From contig CAVOJZ010000002.1 of NCBI GenBank assembly GCA_963696395.1, positions 720,619 through 784,618 of the forward strand: 64,000 bases of DNA, read 5' to 3'. The stretch comes from an uncultured bacterium. GTDB lineage: Bacteria > Patescibacteriota > Minisyncoccia > UBA6257 > 2-01-FULL-56-20. This document shows positions 1 through 10,012 of this stretch, piece by piece. A program made the position numbers and the translations under genes. The notes beneath the pieces are model-generated. The model did not search any database. It saw only the letters and a program-made list of their open reading frames with translations, and had not been told where the DNA came from. The first letter of the stretch is position 1. Each line of letters starts with the position of its first letter.

Positions 1-210
1 ACGGTCGGACAGTTGGGAGGTGGCGTCACGGGCGGCGAGGTGCTTACGTTGGGAAATCCATTTAGCGGCTGGATCTCGGATTATTATGGACAGCAGGGTA
101 AGACGGTTTATGCAAGCGCCTTCAACGGCGTCGTCTGGCCGGATGGCAAGACATACACGGCAACCGCTGTGTATCCAACAATGCCCATTAGCAAGATCCA
201 GGGCGATTAA
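1..210 (+). CDS. 3' end of a hypothetical protein (truncated by the window edge)
   Basis: Open frame ending at TAA 208-210, immediately followed by a terminator hairpin. Confidence 0.55.
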   Translation, partial: TVGQLGGGVTGGEVLTLGNPFSGWISDYYGQQGKTVYASAFNGVVWPDGKTYTATAVYPTMPISKIQGD

Positions 211-212
211 TA

Positions 213-250
213 CAATAAAAAGCGGCCCCGTCCGGGGCTGTTTTTTATTG
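213..250. terminator. Intrinsic terminator, probably bidirectional
   Basis: caataaaaagcggcccc-gtcc-ggggctgttttttattg: GC stem flanked by A and T tracts. Confidence 0.8.
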
Positions 251-342
251 CGCAACATTGCGAACGCTATTTTCGTATTTATAGAACATCGACGTTACTG
301 CTCGGGACGTGGTACGCTTATGAAATAATTTATTAAAAATGC

Positions 343-1323
343 ATGGCCTCAATCGTTGAGACAATAGATTTACGCAAAACCTTTCCTTCGCGCGGGAAAG
401 GGAAGAGCGCGCCTGTTGAGGCGGTGCGCGGGATAAACTTCGAGGTTTCGAAGGGCGAAATTTTCGGACTTCTTGGTCCGAATGGCGCCGGGAAAACAAC
501 GACGATGCGTATGCTCTGCACTCTGCTCGCGCCGACGAGTGGGAGTGTGAAAATTGCCGGTTATGAACTTGCGAGCCATCAGGCGGAGATCAGGAATCAA
601 ATCGGCTATGTAAGCCAGGTCGGCGGCATGCAAAGGGAAGCTACGGGAAGAGAAAATATCCTCTTACAGGCAAAGCTGTATGGCATGAGCAAGGCGGAAG
701 CGGAAACAAGAGTCGCCGAGCTGTTAGATCTTCTTCAGTTGGATACGTTCGCCGACCGCAAGACCGTCACATATTCCGGCGGCCAGCGGCGCATTTTTGA
801 TCTTGCCTCGGGCATCGTTCACCGCCCGCAGCTTTTATTCCTCGACGAACCGTCAACCGGACTCGATCCGCAAAACCGGGCACATGTTTGGGAGCAGGTG
901 AAAAAACTTTACGAGCAGGGGACGACGGTTTTTCTAACAACGCATTATCTTGATGAGGCGGACGCCCTTTGTGACAGAGTCGCTATTGTTGACCACGGAA
1001 CGATCGTTGCAATGGGGAGCCCGGACGAACTCAAGCGCCAGATTGCAGGGGACATCGTGACGCTCGGGTTCGGTGGGAATGATATCGCAACCAAAACCGT
1101 GGAAATTTTGAAAGACAGCACTTTCATCCGGGAATCGCATATAAACGAAGAAACCGTGCAGCTCTATGTTGACCGTGGCGATGAAAATCTCCCAGTCGTA
1201 ATGAAGACGCTGAATCAAAATAATATTACGATCAAAACGATCCAGCTTTCCCGTCCAACGCTCGATGATGTTTTCCTTAAATTGACCGGCAGAAGCCTTC
1301 GCGAAACCGGCGGGCCGCAATAA
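343..1323 (+). CDS. ABC-2 (DrrA-like) exporter ATP-binding protein
   Basis: Walker A GPNGAGKTT, signature YSGGQ, Walker B LFLDEP, TTHY; C-terminal PTLDDVFLKLTG typical of DrrA-like ATPases. Confidence 0.93.
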   Translation: MASIVETIDLRKTFPSRGKGKSAPVEAVRGINFEVSKGEIFGLLGPNGAGKTTTMRMLCTLLAPTSGSVKIAGYELASHQAEIRNQIGYVSQVGGMQREATGRENILLQAKLYGMSKAEAETRVAELLDLLQLDTFADRKTVTYSGGQRRIFDLASGIVHRPQLLFLDEPSTGLDPQNRAHVWEQVKKLYEQGTTVFLTTHYLDEADALCDRVAIVDHGTIVAMGSPDELKRQIAGDIVTLGFGGNDIATKTVEILKDSTFIRESHINEETVQLYVDRGDENLPVVMKTLNQNNITIKTIQLSRPTLDDVFLKLTGRSLRETGGPQ

Positions 1324-1331
1324 TAACGACT

Positions 1332-2099
1332 ATGAATAAATTACTTCGCGACACCTATCTCATCGGTAAAAACGAATTGCTCATCCAGGTCCGTAATCCG
1401 TTATGGCTGTTCTTTGGTCTATTTCAGCCGATTGTGTATCTTGCGCTGTTTTCACCGTTTTTGAGTGGCATCGCAAGTTCACCGGGCTTCCCAACGGGTA
1501 ATGCCATCCAATTTTTCGCTCCAGGACTTCTCATCATGAACGTGCTTTTCGGTGCGGCTTTTGCCGGTTTCGGGCTGATTGATCAGCTCCGTTCGGGATT
1601 CATCGAACGGGTGCGGGTCACTCCCGTATCACGCCTTGCGATCGTACTTGGCCTCGTCCTTCGGAGCCCCGTTGTTCTCCTCGTGCAAAGCGCCATTCTT
1701 CTTTTGGTCGCCATAATTTTTTTCGGCTTGCAGGTGAGCGTGAGCGGTATTCTCATCCTTGCCGTGCTTTTGTGTATTATCGGCATTACGATGGCATCGC
1801 TTTCCTTTACCATCGCACTGCTCACCAAAGAAGAAGGAACGCTCGCCGCCGTCACCAACTTTTTCACGTTGCCGTTGCTTTTGCTCTCGGGAGTCATGCT
1901 TCCGCTCACGTTCGCGCCGAATATTATTCGGAATATTGCCCAATATGACCCCTTCACCTACGCTGTGAATGCCTCGCGCTCACTCGTGAACGGTTTGCTT
2001 CACGACTCATCAATCGTGACGTCCTATATCGTCTTTATAATCCTTTGCATCGCCGCACTTGCGTGGTTTATAAGGTCTATGCGTGAAGCGGTGGCGTAG
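1332..2099 (+). CDS. ABC-2 type (DrrB-like) permease
   Basis: About 6 hydrophobic segments, motifs G.IER..VTP and PFTYAV; follows the ATPase gene. Confidence 0.9.
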   Translation: MNKLLRDTYLIGKNELLIQVRNPLWLFFGLFQPIVYLALFSPFLSGIASSPGFPTGNAIQFFAPGLLIMNVLFGAAFAGFGLIDQLRSGFIERVRVTPVSRLAIVLGLVLRSPVVLLVQSAILLLVAIIFFGLQVSVSGILILAVLLCIIGITMASLSFTIALLTKEEGTLAAVTNFFTLPLLLLSGVMLPLTFAPNIIRNIAQYDPFTYAVNASRSLVNGLLHDSSIVTSYIVFIILCIAALAWFIRSMREAVA

Positions 2100-2135
2100 G
2101 GTTGTTAATCCTGGCAGGAAGTATACTATGACAGT

Positions 2136-2900
2136 ATGGATTTGCTCACCTATGTCGTTATTCTCATACTTATCTACCTGCTCGCGGGGATCAAGGTGAT
2201 CAACGAATACCAACGCGCTGTGGTTTTTCGGCTTGGGCGCCTTGCTGGAAATCGCGGTCCGGGACTCATCTATGTGTTGCCCATCTTTGAACGCATGGTG
2301 CGCGTCGGTCTTCGGACGGTCACCATGAATATCCCTTCGCAGAAAATCATCACGAAGGATAACGTTTCAATTGATATCGCTGCTGTTGCTTATTACCACG
2401 TCGTTGATTCACAGCGTGCCGTTGTCGCGATCGAAAATGTGCACGATGCCGTGAATCAGATCAGTCAGACAACCGTTCGCAACGTGGTCGGGCAGTTCAT
2501 GCTTGATCAATTTCTCTCGCAGACTGTTGATATCAACGAAAAAATAAAAAATGTCATTGACGTCCACACGGAACCGTGGGGGATTCAGGTGACTGCGGTT
2601 GAAATTAAAGACGTTATTCTTCCCGACAACATGCAACGAGCGATGGCGAAAGAAGCCGAAGCCGAGCGTGAGCGGCGGGCAAAGATTGTCGCCGCACAAG
2701 GCGAGTTTCAGGCAGCGGAAAAACTGGGGCAGGCGGCCGATATCATCGCAACCCATCCGGTAGCTCTCCAGCTTCGAACGCTCCAAACCATGGCGGAAAT
2801 TGCGACGGAAAAGAATTCGACCATCATTTTCCCCGCTCAGTTTATGACGACCGTTAAAGAAGCTCTTGAAACTATTCAGCAGGACAGGAAGAGTAAATAG
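2136..2900 (+). CDS. SPFH/band 7 (slipin/stomatin-like) protein
   Basis: N-terminal TM, EYQRAVVFRLG, ITKDNV, RAMAKEAEAERERRAKIVAAQGE, ALQLRTLQT. Confidence 0.93.
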   Translation: MDLLTYVVILILIYLLAGIKVINEYQRAVVFRLGRLAGNRGPGLIYVLPIFERMVRVGLRTVTMNIPSQKIITKDNVSIDIAAVAYYHVVDSQRAVVAIENVHDAVNQISQTTVRNVVGQFMLDQFLSQTVDINEKIKNVIDVHTEPWGIQVTAVEIKDVILPDNMQRAMAKEAEAERERRAKIVAAQGEFQAAEKLGQAADIIATHPVALQLRTLQTMAEIATEKNSTIIFPAQFMTTVKEALETIQQDRKSK

Positions 2901-2909
2901 ACAGAGCCT

Positions 2910-5207
2910 CTATTGCAGGGAAACGACAAACAGGTCTTCTCTCTGGCAGTTCATATTTTTAAGGCCGTTAGGGGGATTTGCGCAGCCGTTTTTTCCTGAA
3001 GCAGTTATGCTATCCAAGCAAGCCGTTGACCCATTTGTGCAACCAAGCGTAAGGTTCCAATCGGATGGGAAGATGGCAAATCTTCCATTCGGACTCACGC
3101 TGCCAATTGCGTTTTGACCGTCAAAGTTCCAGTTCGTTCCGGTGTTAAAAGTGTGTGCAAAACGATATAAGCAACCGGTCGTGTCCATTCCGTTTCCATA
3201 ATTACAGTCTGTATAGGTCGGATGCGCTATTGCGTTCTCGACCCCAACGATTTCATCGTAGAGTGGTCCCGTATATTCCGAATCGCACGGGGAACTGCCC
3301 GCACCGCTAGCTTGATCGCAAACGTTGGTTGTGAAGAAAAATACAGGCTGATCATCGTCTGTGTCAACGTTGTTGTAGCTCCCATGATTGTCGCCCGGCA
3401 TGGTTATTGTGATGAGTGCACCGAGAGGGTTCCAGGGGGCTTCATAACTAAATGCTTGGCCATAGTGACCGCGGTATCGATACACGTAGCCATCTGCTCC
3501 GTGTCCCTCCGGCAGATCCGGGCGGATGTTCGTGGTAGCGACCTCCCAGGTATAACTCTCGCAGAGACCAGTTGTCGTCTTTCCCCAGCACGAAACGTTT
3601 TCAGGGGTCGTCGTTGTGTCGGGAGATCCGGAAACGCTGGAGTAGAGAGGATCGTCATCAACCGAGGAGTCATGAATATACTGGGTATCGGGCAGCTGGG
3701 CACCCCCGGAGATGCCGATCTGAGTAATTCCAGCGCCATTGGTTACTGCTCCTGTTGCACCCCAGTCGCCCCATATGGTCATAGGTCCGATAGCGGGCTG
3801 GGATCCGTTTAGGCCATAAATCTGGCCGGGTCCGGTGTCGCTTGCGTTGCCATAGGTGTCGAGGACGCGACATCCTTTCCCCACGGTATAGTTTGCGATG
3901 ATAGTTGCGCCATATGGGTGAGCCACACCCTTTTTATCTGTTCCACGGGAGCCATTCTGCCCGTTGTCACTGAGGCCGAACTGAAAGGACTGATCACCAT
4001 CCGAAACCTGGAAGGTCCCGGCCCAATTGGGGAAGAAATCGTTGGTCGGAAGGCAGTTTGAACTGTCGGTGATAAAGTTAAACAACTTTGTCCTTGTGAG
4101 TGTCCACGTGGACGGAGCTCCGCTGTCATTCAAGGTTAGTTTGTTAATCTGGATAAATGGCTGGCCGGTTGATGTGGTTATGGTTCCATAATCTAACTCA
4201 TAAAGAATATTCGGGTACACGGTTGAAAACGCCACATGACCGCTTGCAAAAGTGGTGGCGGATCCATGAGAACTGCTACCGCCAATATCAGTTACCGTTG
4301 CGGTCATATTTGAATCATTCGAAAAAGCAAAGAGATTAAGACCGCCTCCGCCAGAACTTGCTGCCAAGAATTTTGTATCATCTGCAGACCACCAATTATT
4401 TTCTCCGTTATCACTCATACTGAACGAAAGACCCACCGTGCTTGCCATCGAATAATCGGTAAGGCGACAGATTTTCGAACCGAAATCTGGGTCGTTTATG
4501 CAATCGCCAGCTCCATAGAGACCTCCCATGCTTGGAGCGGTATCGATAGGCACATAGGAACCGTCGGAAGAGCTGGTATTTCTACCCATGAAGGAGAGAG
4601 GGGAATCCGGTTGGCCTGGAGGATTTGTGCAAGGCCGACCGCCGGGATTTGTTGACGTGCTGGTTTCGCAAAGATCGGTGCGGGCGCAAGTATATTTATA
4701 TGGTTGGGATGAGCCGTTGTACGAGCACGATCCTCCGCCCCCCCCACTCAGTTCAAATTCCTGCAATCTCCAATATCCTGCGTTGCAAGTCGTACTGCTC
4801 GGTCCCGTAAAGCATTTTTGGCCCGCGTTATACGTCCAGTCCCATTCAGCAAGATAAATATTCCCCGAAGGAAGCTCTGACAACTGGCTACCCGCGATGG
4901 TATAGGTTGCGGTACTCGTTGAATATCCTTTCTTGAATACCCCCGCAAAGGTTGAGGTTGCCCAATAACTACCGTTGTAGATATAAAAGCTTTGACTGAT
5001 GTATTGGTTTGCGCCTGGGGTTGCGGTGACCGTTATAGATCCGGATGGAGTGGTTGACGTCGGCGTTACGCTGAAAACCGGGCATGGGTTGGTGAATCCT
5101 GATGGCAAAAAAGCTGGATTGGTGCAGGCATGAGCGGTCAGGCTACCGACGGAGAAACCGGCAAAAATTAGTATGGTAAAAAATAGTAGCCTTAAGCGTA
5201 TAAGCAT
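2910..5207 (-). CDS. Secreted Cys-rich protein, probable C-terminal beta-propeller-like domain
   Basis: 765 aa, signal peptide ending AHA, many Cys, GGGGG linker, C-terminal SPNGRFAIFPSDW...DLFVV; TATAAT 6 nt upstream of the ATG. Confidence 0.75.
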   Translation of the reverse strand: MLIRLRLLFFTILIFAGFSVGSLTAHACTNPAFLPSGFTNPCPVFSVTPTSTTPSGSITVTATPGANQYISQSFYIYNGSYWATSTFAGVFKKGYSTSTATYTIAGSQLSELPSGNIYLAEWDWTYNAGQKCFTGPSSTTCNAGYWRLQEFELSGGGGGSCSYNGSSQPYKYTCARTDLCETSTSTNPGGRPCTNPPGQPDSPLSFMGRNTSSSDGSYVPIDTAPSMGGLYGAGDCINDPDFGSKICRLTDYSMASTVGLSFSMSDNGENNWWSADDTKFLAASSGGGGLNLFAFSNDSNMTATVTDIGGSSSHGSATTFASGHVAFSTVYPNILYELDYGTITTSTGQPFIQINKLTLNDSGAPSTWTLTRTKLFNFITDSSNCLPTNDFFPNWAGTFQVSDGDQSFQFGLSDNGQNGSRGTDKKGVAHPYGATIIANYTVGKGCRVLDTYGNASDTGPGQIYGLNGSQPAIGPMTIWGDWGATGAVTNGAGITQIGISGGAQLPDTQYIHDSSVDDDPLYSSVSGSPDTTTTPENVSCWGKTTTGLCESYTWEVATTNIRPDLPEGHGADGYVYRYRGHYGQAFSYEAPWNPLGALITITMPGDNHGSYNNVDTDDDQPVFFFTTNVCDQASGAGSSPCDSEYTGPLYDEIVGVENAIAHPTYTDCNYGNGMDTTGCLYRFAHTFNTGTNWNFDGQNAIGSVSPNGRFAIFPSDWNLTLGCTNGSTACLDSITASGKNGCANPPNGLKNMNCQREDLFVVSLQ

Positions 5208-5277
5208 GAATTAATTATAACATTTATCACTTATCAACAGGTAGCTGGGTCTATAAATATGGCCTATAATAGATATT

Positions 5278-7878
5278 ATGAAGCGCATGCCAAAGAAGAT
5301 CGGTTTCGGAATGGCTTTCGGGGCATTAGCTTTCCTTTTCTTAGTTTCTAAATCATTTGCACAGGTTCCGCCGGGCGGTCCGCCTCCTTCGCCCGATCAA
5401 ACACCCCCAACGGCAACCACGACCTATCCGGTTAATAACCAGACGGTTTCTTCGACTATTACAATTTCAGGAACGGCGGCTGACGACGTAGCCGTTGCAT
5501 CAGTGGCAGTTTCGATTGATGGCGGGGCATATGCTAATGCATCTGGGACGACGGCTTGGACTTATGTTTGGAACACGACGAGCGTCGCGAACGGTTCTCA
5601 CACCATTGAAGCTCAAGCAATTGACACTTCGGGAAATACAGGTCTTGCGCCGGTCGTAACGGTTAATGTCAGTAATTCCGGTGGAGGCGGCACTCAACCA
5701 CCGACAGCGCCTACAAACCTTGCAGTTACGGGGACGACCACGAGTACGGTTTCTCTCGGCTGGACTGCATCCAACGCGGGAACCTATCCGATCGCAGGAT
5801 ATCAGGTGTTCCGTTGTACGGGCGTATGCACACCGAGCGTGCAGGTTGCAACTTCAACCGGTACCGGTACGATGTTCACCGACGTTGGCCTTGCAGCGTC
5901 AACGACCTATTCATATTCAATAGACGCTTACGATACTCACGGCAACGTAGGCAGTAAGTCGTCGGTGGTTCAAGGAACAACAAGAGCATCATCAGATACC
6001 CAGCCTCCCACGGTTTCAATTACATATCCAACGAGCGGCGCCACGGTGTCTTCGACGATTACGGTAACGGCTACCGCTTCGGACAATGTCGGTGTGGTGA
6101 AAGTTGAGTTTTATCTCGATGGATTTTTGCAGTTTAGTACCACCACCCCACCTTATTATTGGATCTGGGATACTACGTCAACCGCAAACGGTTCTCATAC
6201 TCTTTCCGCCAAAGCCTACGATGCCGCAGGCAATGTTGGCACGAGTGCCGATGTTCCGATTACGGTAAATAACCCCGACACTCAGCCGCCGAGCGATCCA
6301 ACAAATTTGGCAGTTACGGGCGTCACAACGTCAACGATTTCACTCAGCTGGACGGCAAGCGTTGATAATGTTGGCGTAACCGGTTATAAGATCTATCGTT
6401 GCGGAGGCGTTTGTATTCCAAGCACCCAGATCGGCACAGCGACGGCGACCGCATTCACCGACGTCGGCCTTGCAGCCTCAACAACCTACAGCTACGCTGT
6501 TTCAGCTTATGATGCCGCCGGCAATAATTCCGGTAAGTCGAACGTGGTGAGCGGTTCCACAAAGTTTTTAGATCTTCAGCCTCCAACGGTCAGCATGACC
6601 GCGCCGGCAAATAACTCAACGGTGTCGAGCACGGTCACTCTGTCGGCGACTGCGTCGGATAATGTCGGTGTCGCATCCGTTCAGTTTAAGATCGACGGAA
6701 CGCTTGTTGGGTCGCCGATTACAACATCACCATATAACTATGCTTGGGATTCTCGGACGGTTGCGAACGGTAATCACGCCATCACCGCTCTTGCGATAGA
6801 CACTTCCGGTAACCAGGCAACTTCTGCGCCGGTAAACGTAACGGTAACGAACGTGTCTTCAACCGACACACAGCCTCCGACAACGCCGACCAATCTTGTC
6901 GTCACCGGCGTTACAACTTCCACAATTTCATTGAGTTGGAACCCCAGCATGGACAATGTGGGAGTCGCCGGCTACAAAGTCTTTCGGAATGGTACGCAGG
7001 TTGGAACGCCAAGCGCGACCTCCTTCACGGATATTGGCCTCGCAGCTTCAACGACTTACACGTACACGGTGAGCGCATTCGATGCTGCCGGCAATAATTC
7101 ATCGTCTTCTGCGCCGGTCTCCGGAACGACTTTGCCAATTAACGACCTTATTCCGCCGAGCGTAACCATTACGTATCCGACAAACAATCAGACGGTAGCA
7201 GGATCTTTCACGGTCTCCGGCACCGCCTCGGACAATGTCGGCGTTTCCTCGGTTCAGATTTCAATCGATGGCGGTACATATCAGGCCGCCCAAGGGACAA
7301 CTTCATGGACGTATCAACTCGATACCACGACGCTTGGCAATGGCAATCATACGATCACTGCAGAGGCAACCGATCTCGCTGGTAACACAAATTCTACGGC
7401 GGTGCTTATTACCGTGGACAACGGCAATGGCAACGGAGGAGGTTGCGAGGAGAACTGTGGTGGCGGCAACGGCAACGGAGGAGGCAATGGTTCGGGGGGC
7501 GGTGGCGGCGCGGGTTCCGGGACCGGCAGCGGGACTGGGACGGGTTCCGGAACCGGTGGCTCTCTTTCTCAGCTTCTTCAAACCCTTCTCGCAGAACTCC
7601 AGGCTCTTATTTCCCAATTAAACACGCAGATCGTCGCAACGCTCACAAGGAATCTCACGATCGGATCTCGCGGAACCGACGTCCAGAATCTCCAGGTCTT
7701 CCTGAACGACAATGGCTATCAAATCTCCACGGCTGGTGCTGGTTCGCCGGGTTACGAATCAACTTACTTCGGTGCCAAGACAGCTGCGGCGCTTGCCAAA
7801 TGGCAAAAAGCGAATGGACTTCCTGACACCGGATTCTTTGGTCCTCTAACTCGGAAGTTTATGGAGGCTAATTGGTGA
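5278..7878 (+). CDS. Secreted protein with alternating bacterial Ig-like and FN3 domains and a C-terminal peptidoglycan-binding domain
   Basis: Signal peptide; 4 Ig-like (A.D.VGV..V...NG.HT..A.A.D.AGN) and 3 FN3 (P..L.VTG.T.STISL.W...GY...GLAASTTY) repeats; Gly linker; L.IGSRG.DV..LQ.FL...FG.KT..AL..WQ..NGL..TG.FGPLTR. Confidence 0.88.
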   Translation: MKRMPKKIGFGMAFGALAFLFLVSKSFAQVPPGGPPPSPDQTPPTATTTYPVNNQTVSSTITISGTAADDVAVASVAVSIDGGAYANASGTTAWTYVWNTTSVANGSHTIEAQAIDTSGNTGLAPVVTVNVSNSGGGGTQPPTAPTNLAVTGTTTSTVSLGWTASNAGTYPIAGYQVFRCTGVCTPSVQVATSTGTGTMFTDVGLAASTTYSYSIDAYDTHGNVGSKSSVVQGTTRASSDTQPPTVSITYPTSGATVSSTITVTATASDNVGVVKVEFYLDGFLQFSTTTPPYYWIWDTTSTANGSHTLSAKAYDAAGNVGTSADVPITVNNPDTQPPSDPTNLAVTGVTTSTISLSWTASVDNVGVTGYKIYRCGGVCIPSTQIGTATATAFTDVGLAASTTYSYAVSAYDAAGNNSGKSNVVSGSTKFLDLQPPTVSMTAPANNSTVSSTVTLSATASDNVGVASVQFKIDGTLVGSPITTSPYNYAWDSRTVANGNHAITALAIDTSGNQATSAPVNVTVTNVSSTDTQPPTTPTNLVVTGVTTSTISLSWNPSMDNVGVAGYKVFRNGTQVGTPSATSFTDIGLAASTTYTYTVSAFDAAGNNSSSSAPVSGTTLPINDLIPPSVTITYPTNNQTVAGSFTVSGTASDNVGVSSVQISIDGGTYQAAQGTTSWTYQLDTTTLGNGNHTITAEATDLAGNTNSTAVLITVDNGNGNGGGCEENCGGGNGNGGGNGSGGGGGAGSGTGSGTGTGSGTGGSLSQLLQTLLAELQALISQLNTQIVATLTRNLTIGSRGTDVQNLQVFLNDNGYQISTAGAGSPGYESTYFGAKTAAALAKWQKANGLPDTGFFGPLTRKFMEANW

Positions 7879-7892
7879 CATTGATTTCGCCA

Positions 7893-8858
7893 ATGAAAAA
7901 ATATTTAATCGGATGTTGTGCGGCAGCCGCTCTCGCGATCCCTCTCTTTGTAAATGCCGCACAGATCTATCTCGACCCCGCAACGGGAAAATTCCCTCCG
8001 GGAGTAACGTTTGCGGTTGATGTCCGCTTAGATAACCAAAACCAATGCATAAACGCGGCGGAAGTGGATCTTTCGTATCCTCCGAGTATGCTTCAGGCGG
8101 TCGGCGCAAGCGACGGTGATTCAATTTTTTCTTTATGGGTGAAGCCGCCGACGATATACTCCGACTATGGTCTTGTATCGTTTGTTGGGGGATTACCGGG
8201 TGGTTACTGCGGCCGCGTTTCCGGAGATCCAAGCTTGAGCAATAAACTTGCAACCATCTATTTCCGTTTTCCAACGTCAAGCTCGCCGGTTGCTTCGACA
8301 ACCATTCTTCAAAGCGTCCACCTTTCTTTCATTAGCAGCACGCAAGCCGTGGTTGACGATGGCCTCGGCACATTTGCCGTTTTGAAGACGGGTGGAGCAA
8401 CCTATACGCCACAAGCGTTGAAAGGCCAGTACGTTTCGCTGAATGCTCTGAATGATGCGATCGTGGACGATACGACACCACCGGAGCCATTCACGGTGGG
8501 CATCTATCGGGATCCATCACTTTTTAGCAACCAATGGTTTGCGGTGTTTTCGACCGTAGATAAGCAAACCGGTATTGACCATTATGACGTTGCCGAAGTT
8601 CCAATTCCGCAATTAAGTCAGGATCAGAGCCAATGGAATTGGGTTCGCGCCGTCAGCCCGTACCTCATCAAAAACCAAAATCTGAACGAGGTGATCGCTG
8701 TACGCGCAGTAGACGTTGCCGGGAATACCCGGGTTGAGCAATCAACGCCACCGCCGGCGCCAAAACTTAACAACTGGCAGATGGCAATACTTCCATACCT
8801 GGCAATCATTGGAGTCGCAGGCTTCACGATCTTCCAGATCATCATTCACCTCTTCTGA
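7893..8858 (+). CDS. Cohesin-domain protein with C-terminal membrane anchor
   Basis: Signal peptide; FAVDVRLD...INAAEVDLSY...SIFSLW cohesin-like pattern; second domain DTTPPEPF...DKQTGIDHY; C-terminal TM. Start placed at MKKYL. Confidence 0.75.
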   Translation: MKKYLIGCCAAAALAIPLFVNAAQIYLDPATGKFPPGVTFAVDVRLDNQNQCINAAEVDLSYPPSMLQAVGASDGDSIFSLWVKPPTIYSDYGLVSFVGGLPGGYCGRVSGDPSLSNKLATIYFRFPTSSSPVASTTILQSVHLSFISSTQAVVDDGLGTFAVLKTGGATYTPQALKGQYVSLNALNDAIVDDTTPPEPFTVGIYRDPSLFSNQWFAVFSTVDKQTGIDHYDVAEVPIPQLSQDQSQWNWVRAVSPYLIKNQNLNEVIAVRAVDVAGNTRVEQSTPPPAPKLNNWQMAILPYLAIIGVAGFTIFQIIIHLF

Positions 8859-8896
8859 AAATAACGCCCATATTATTGAGAACAAGAGTGAGCAAC

Positions 8897-8925
8897 AAAA
8901 AAACACCGGAAAAGCGGTGTTTTTT
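8897..8925. terminator. Bidirectional terminator between convergent genes
   Basis: aaaaaaacaccg-gaaaag-cggtgtttttt. Confidence 0.75.
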
Positions 8926-8927
8926 CT

Positions 8928-9398
8928 TTAATCCATTCGAACCTCCAGCTTCCTCGATTTATTTCGGTTGGTTTTTGGCATTTTCACCGAAAGGATGCCG
9001 TTCTTAAACTTAACACTGGCTAATTCGGGGTTTACCTCCTCGGGAAGGATGATAGAACGCGTAAATTTGCCCCAATAGCATTCCTGGTGGAGATACTCGG
9101 CATCGGTGCCTTCGGTTTCCCTGCGGCGAAGCCCTTTTATTGAAATAGAATCCGGGCTGACGTTAACGTCTATGTCCTCGGGTCGCGCGCCCGCAATAGC
9201 CGATTCAACGACGATATCGTTTGGGGTGTGGTAGATGTCCACTGTAAGCTGGCCAATCGGCCCTTCTTGCTCCTCGGGAGCGGTTTTCCCGGGCTCAGGG
9301 ATTACAAGCGCCGATTTGGCAAGATCAATCTTATATTCGGGGTCTTCCACATTGGATTTTCCGGAAGCAAGCCTTCTGAAAAACGAAAGATTGTCCAT
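8928..9398 (-). CDS. Hsp20/alpha-crystallin small heat-shock protein
   Basis: VDIY, AGARPEDIDV, ECYWGKFTRSIILP, FKNGILSVKMPK, C-terminal LEV. Confidence 0.92.
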   Translation of the reverse strand: MDNLSFFRRLASGKSNVEDPEYKIDLAKSALVIPEPGKTAPEEQEGPIGQLTVDIYHTPNDIVVESAIAGARPEDIDVNVSPDSISIKGLRRRETEGTDAEYLHQECYWGKFTRSIILPEEVNPELASVKFKNGILSVKMPKTNRNKSRKLEVRMD

Positions 9399-9518
9399 AT
9401 GCAGTTAATTATAGGGTAGTGCCTGCGCAGCCGCAAGAATTAAGGTGTGGATTGCTCAAGCTCAGTTATTTGAGGCAAGGCTTCATTTTTTTGTCGATAT
9501 TATTTCTAGCAGAACAAT

Positions 9519-9554
9519 TTATCCACAGGCAGTCAAATTTTAGCCATGTATAAT
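9519..9554 (+). promoter_or_regulatory. DnaA-box-like TTATCCACA (9519-9527) and -10 TATAAT (9549-9554) upstream of the surface operon
   Basis: Exact motif matches seen in the intergenic DNA. Confidence 0.55.
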
Positions 9555-9634
9555 GAATTCAGGTAACTCGGCAGTCGAGTTTTGGCAAATATCGCCCCTC
9601 GAGATTGCCGAAAAACCTATGTTTTTTGAACATT

Positions 9635-10012
9635 ATGCCTGAAGTTCCAAAAGAAGGAGCTCATTATATAACTTTAAAAGAAGCCGCAAAAATATCCGGT
9701 TACAGCCCGGACTATTTGGGGCAGTTAATAAGAAAGGGCAAATTGGCTGGTAAGCAGGTTTATCTTAACGTCGCATGGGTCACCACGGAAAAGGCGCTTA
9801 AGTCTTACCTTGAAGAGAATAAAGGAGGGATAAGAAAATCGGATTTTGGGGTAATTTTCCGCGGAAAAATTCGACGATGGCTCGAAGCCCATAGTTCGAG
9901 CGATCAGATCGTCCATTTTGCGAGGCGGGTTATTTATATAGTCATCGCCTTACTTTTCATATTTTGCATGTTTTTGCTCTACGCGATAGCGGTAAATGCA
10001 ATCTGGCGATGA
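9635..10012 (+). CDS. Excisionase/MerR-like HTH protein with C-terminal TM helix
   Basis: YITLKEAAKISGYSPDYLGQLIRKGKL.G......W, then a hydrophobic C-terminus; stop overlaps the next start (ATGA). Confidence 0.75.
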   Translation: MPEVPKEGAHYITLKEAAKISGYSPDYLGQLIRKGKLAGKQVYLNVAWVTTEKALKSYLEENKGGIRKSDFGVIFRGKIRRWLEAHSSSDQIVHFARRVIYIVIALLFIFCMFLLYAIAVNAIWR

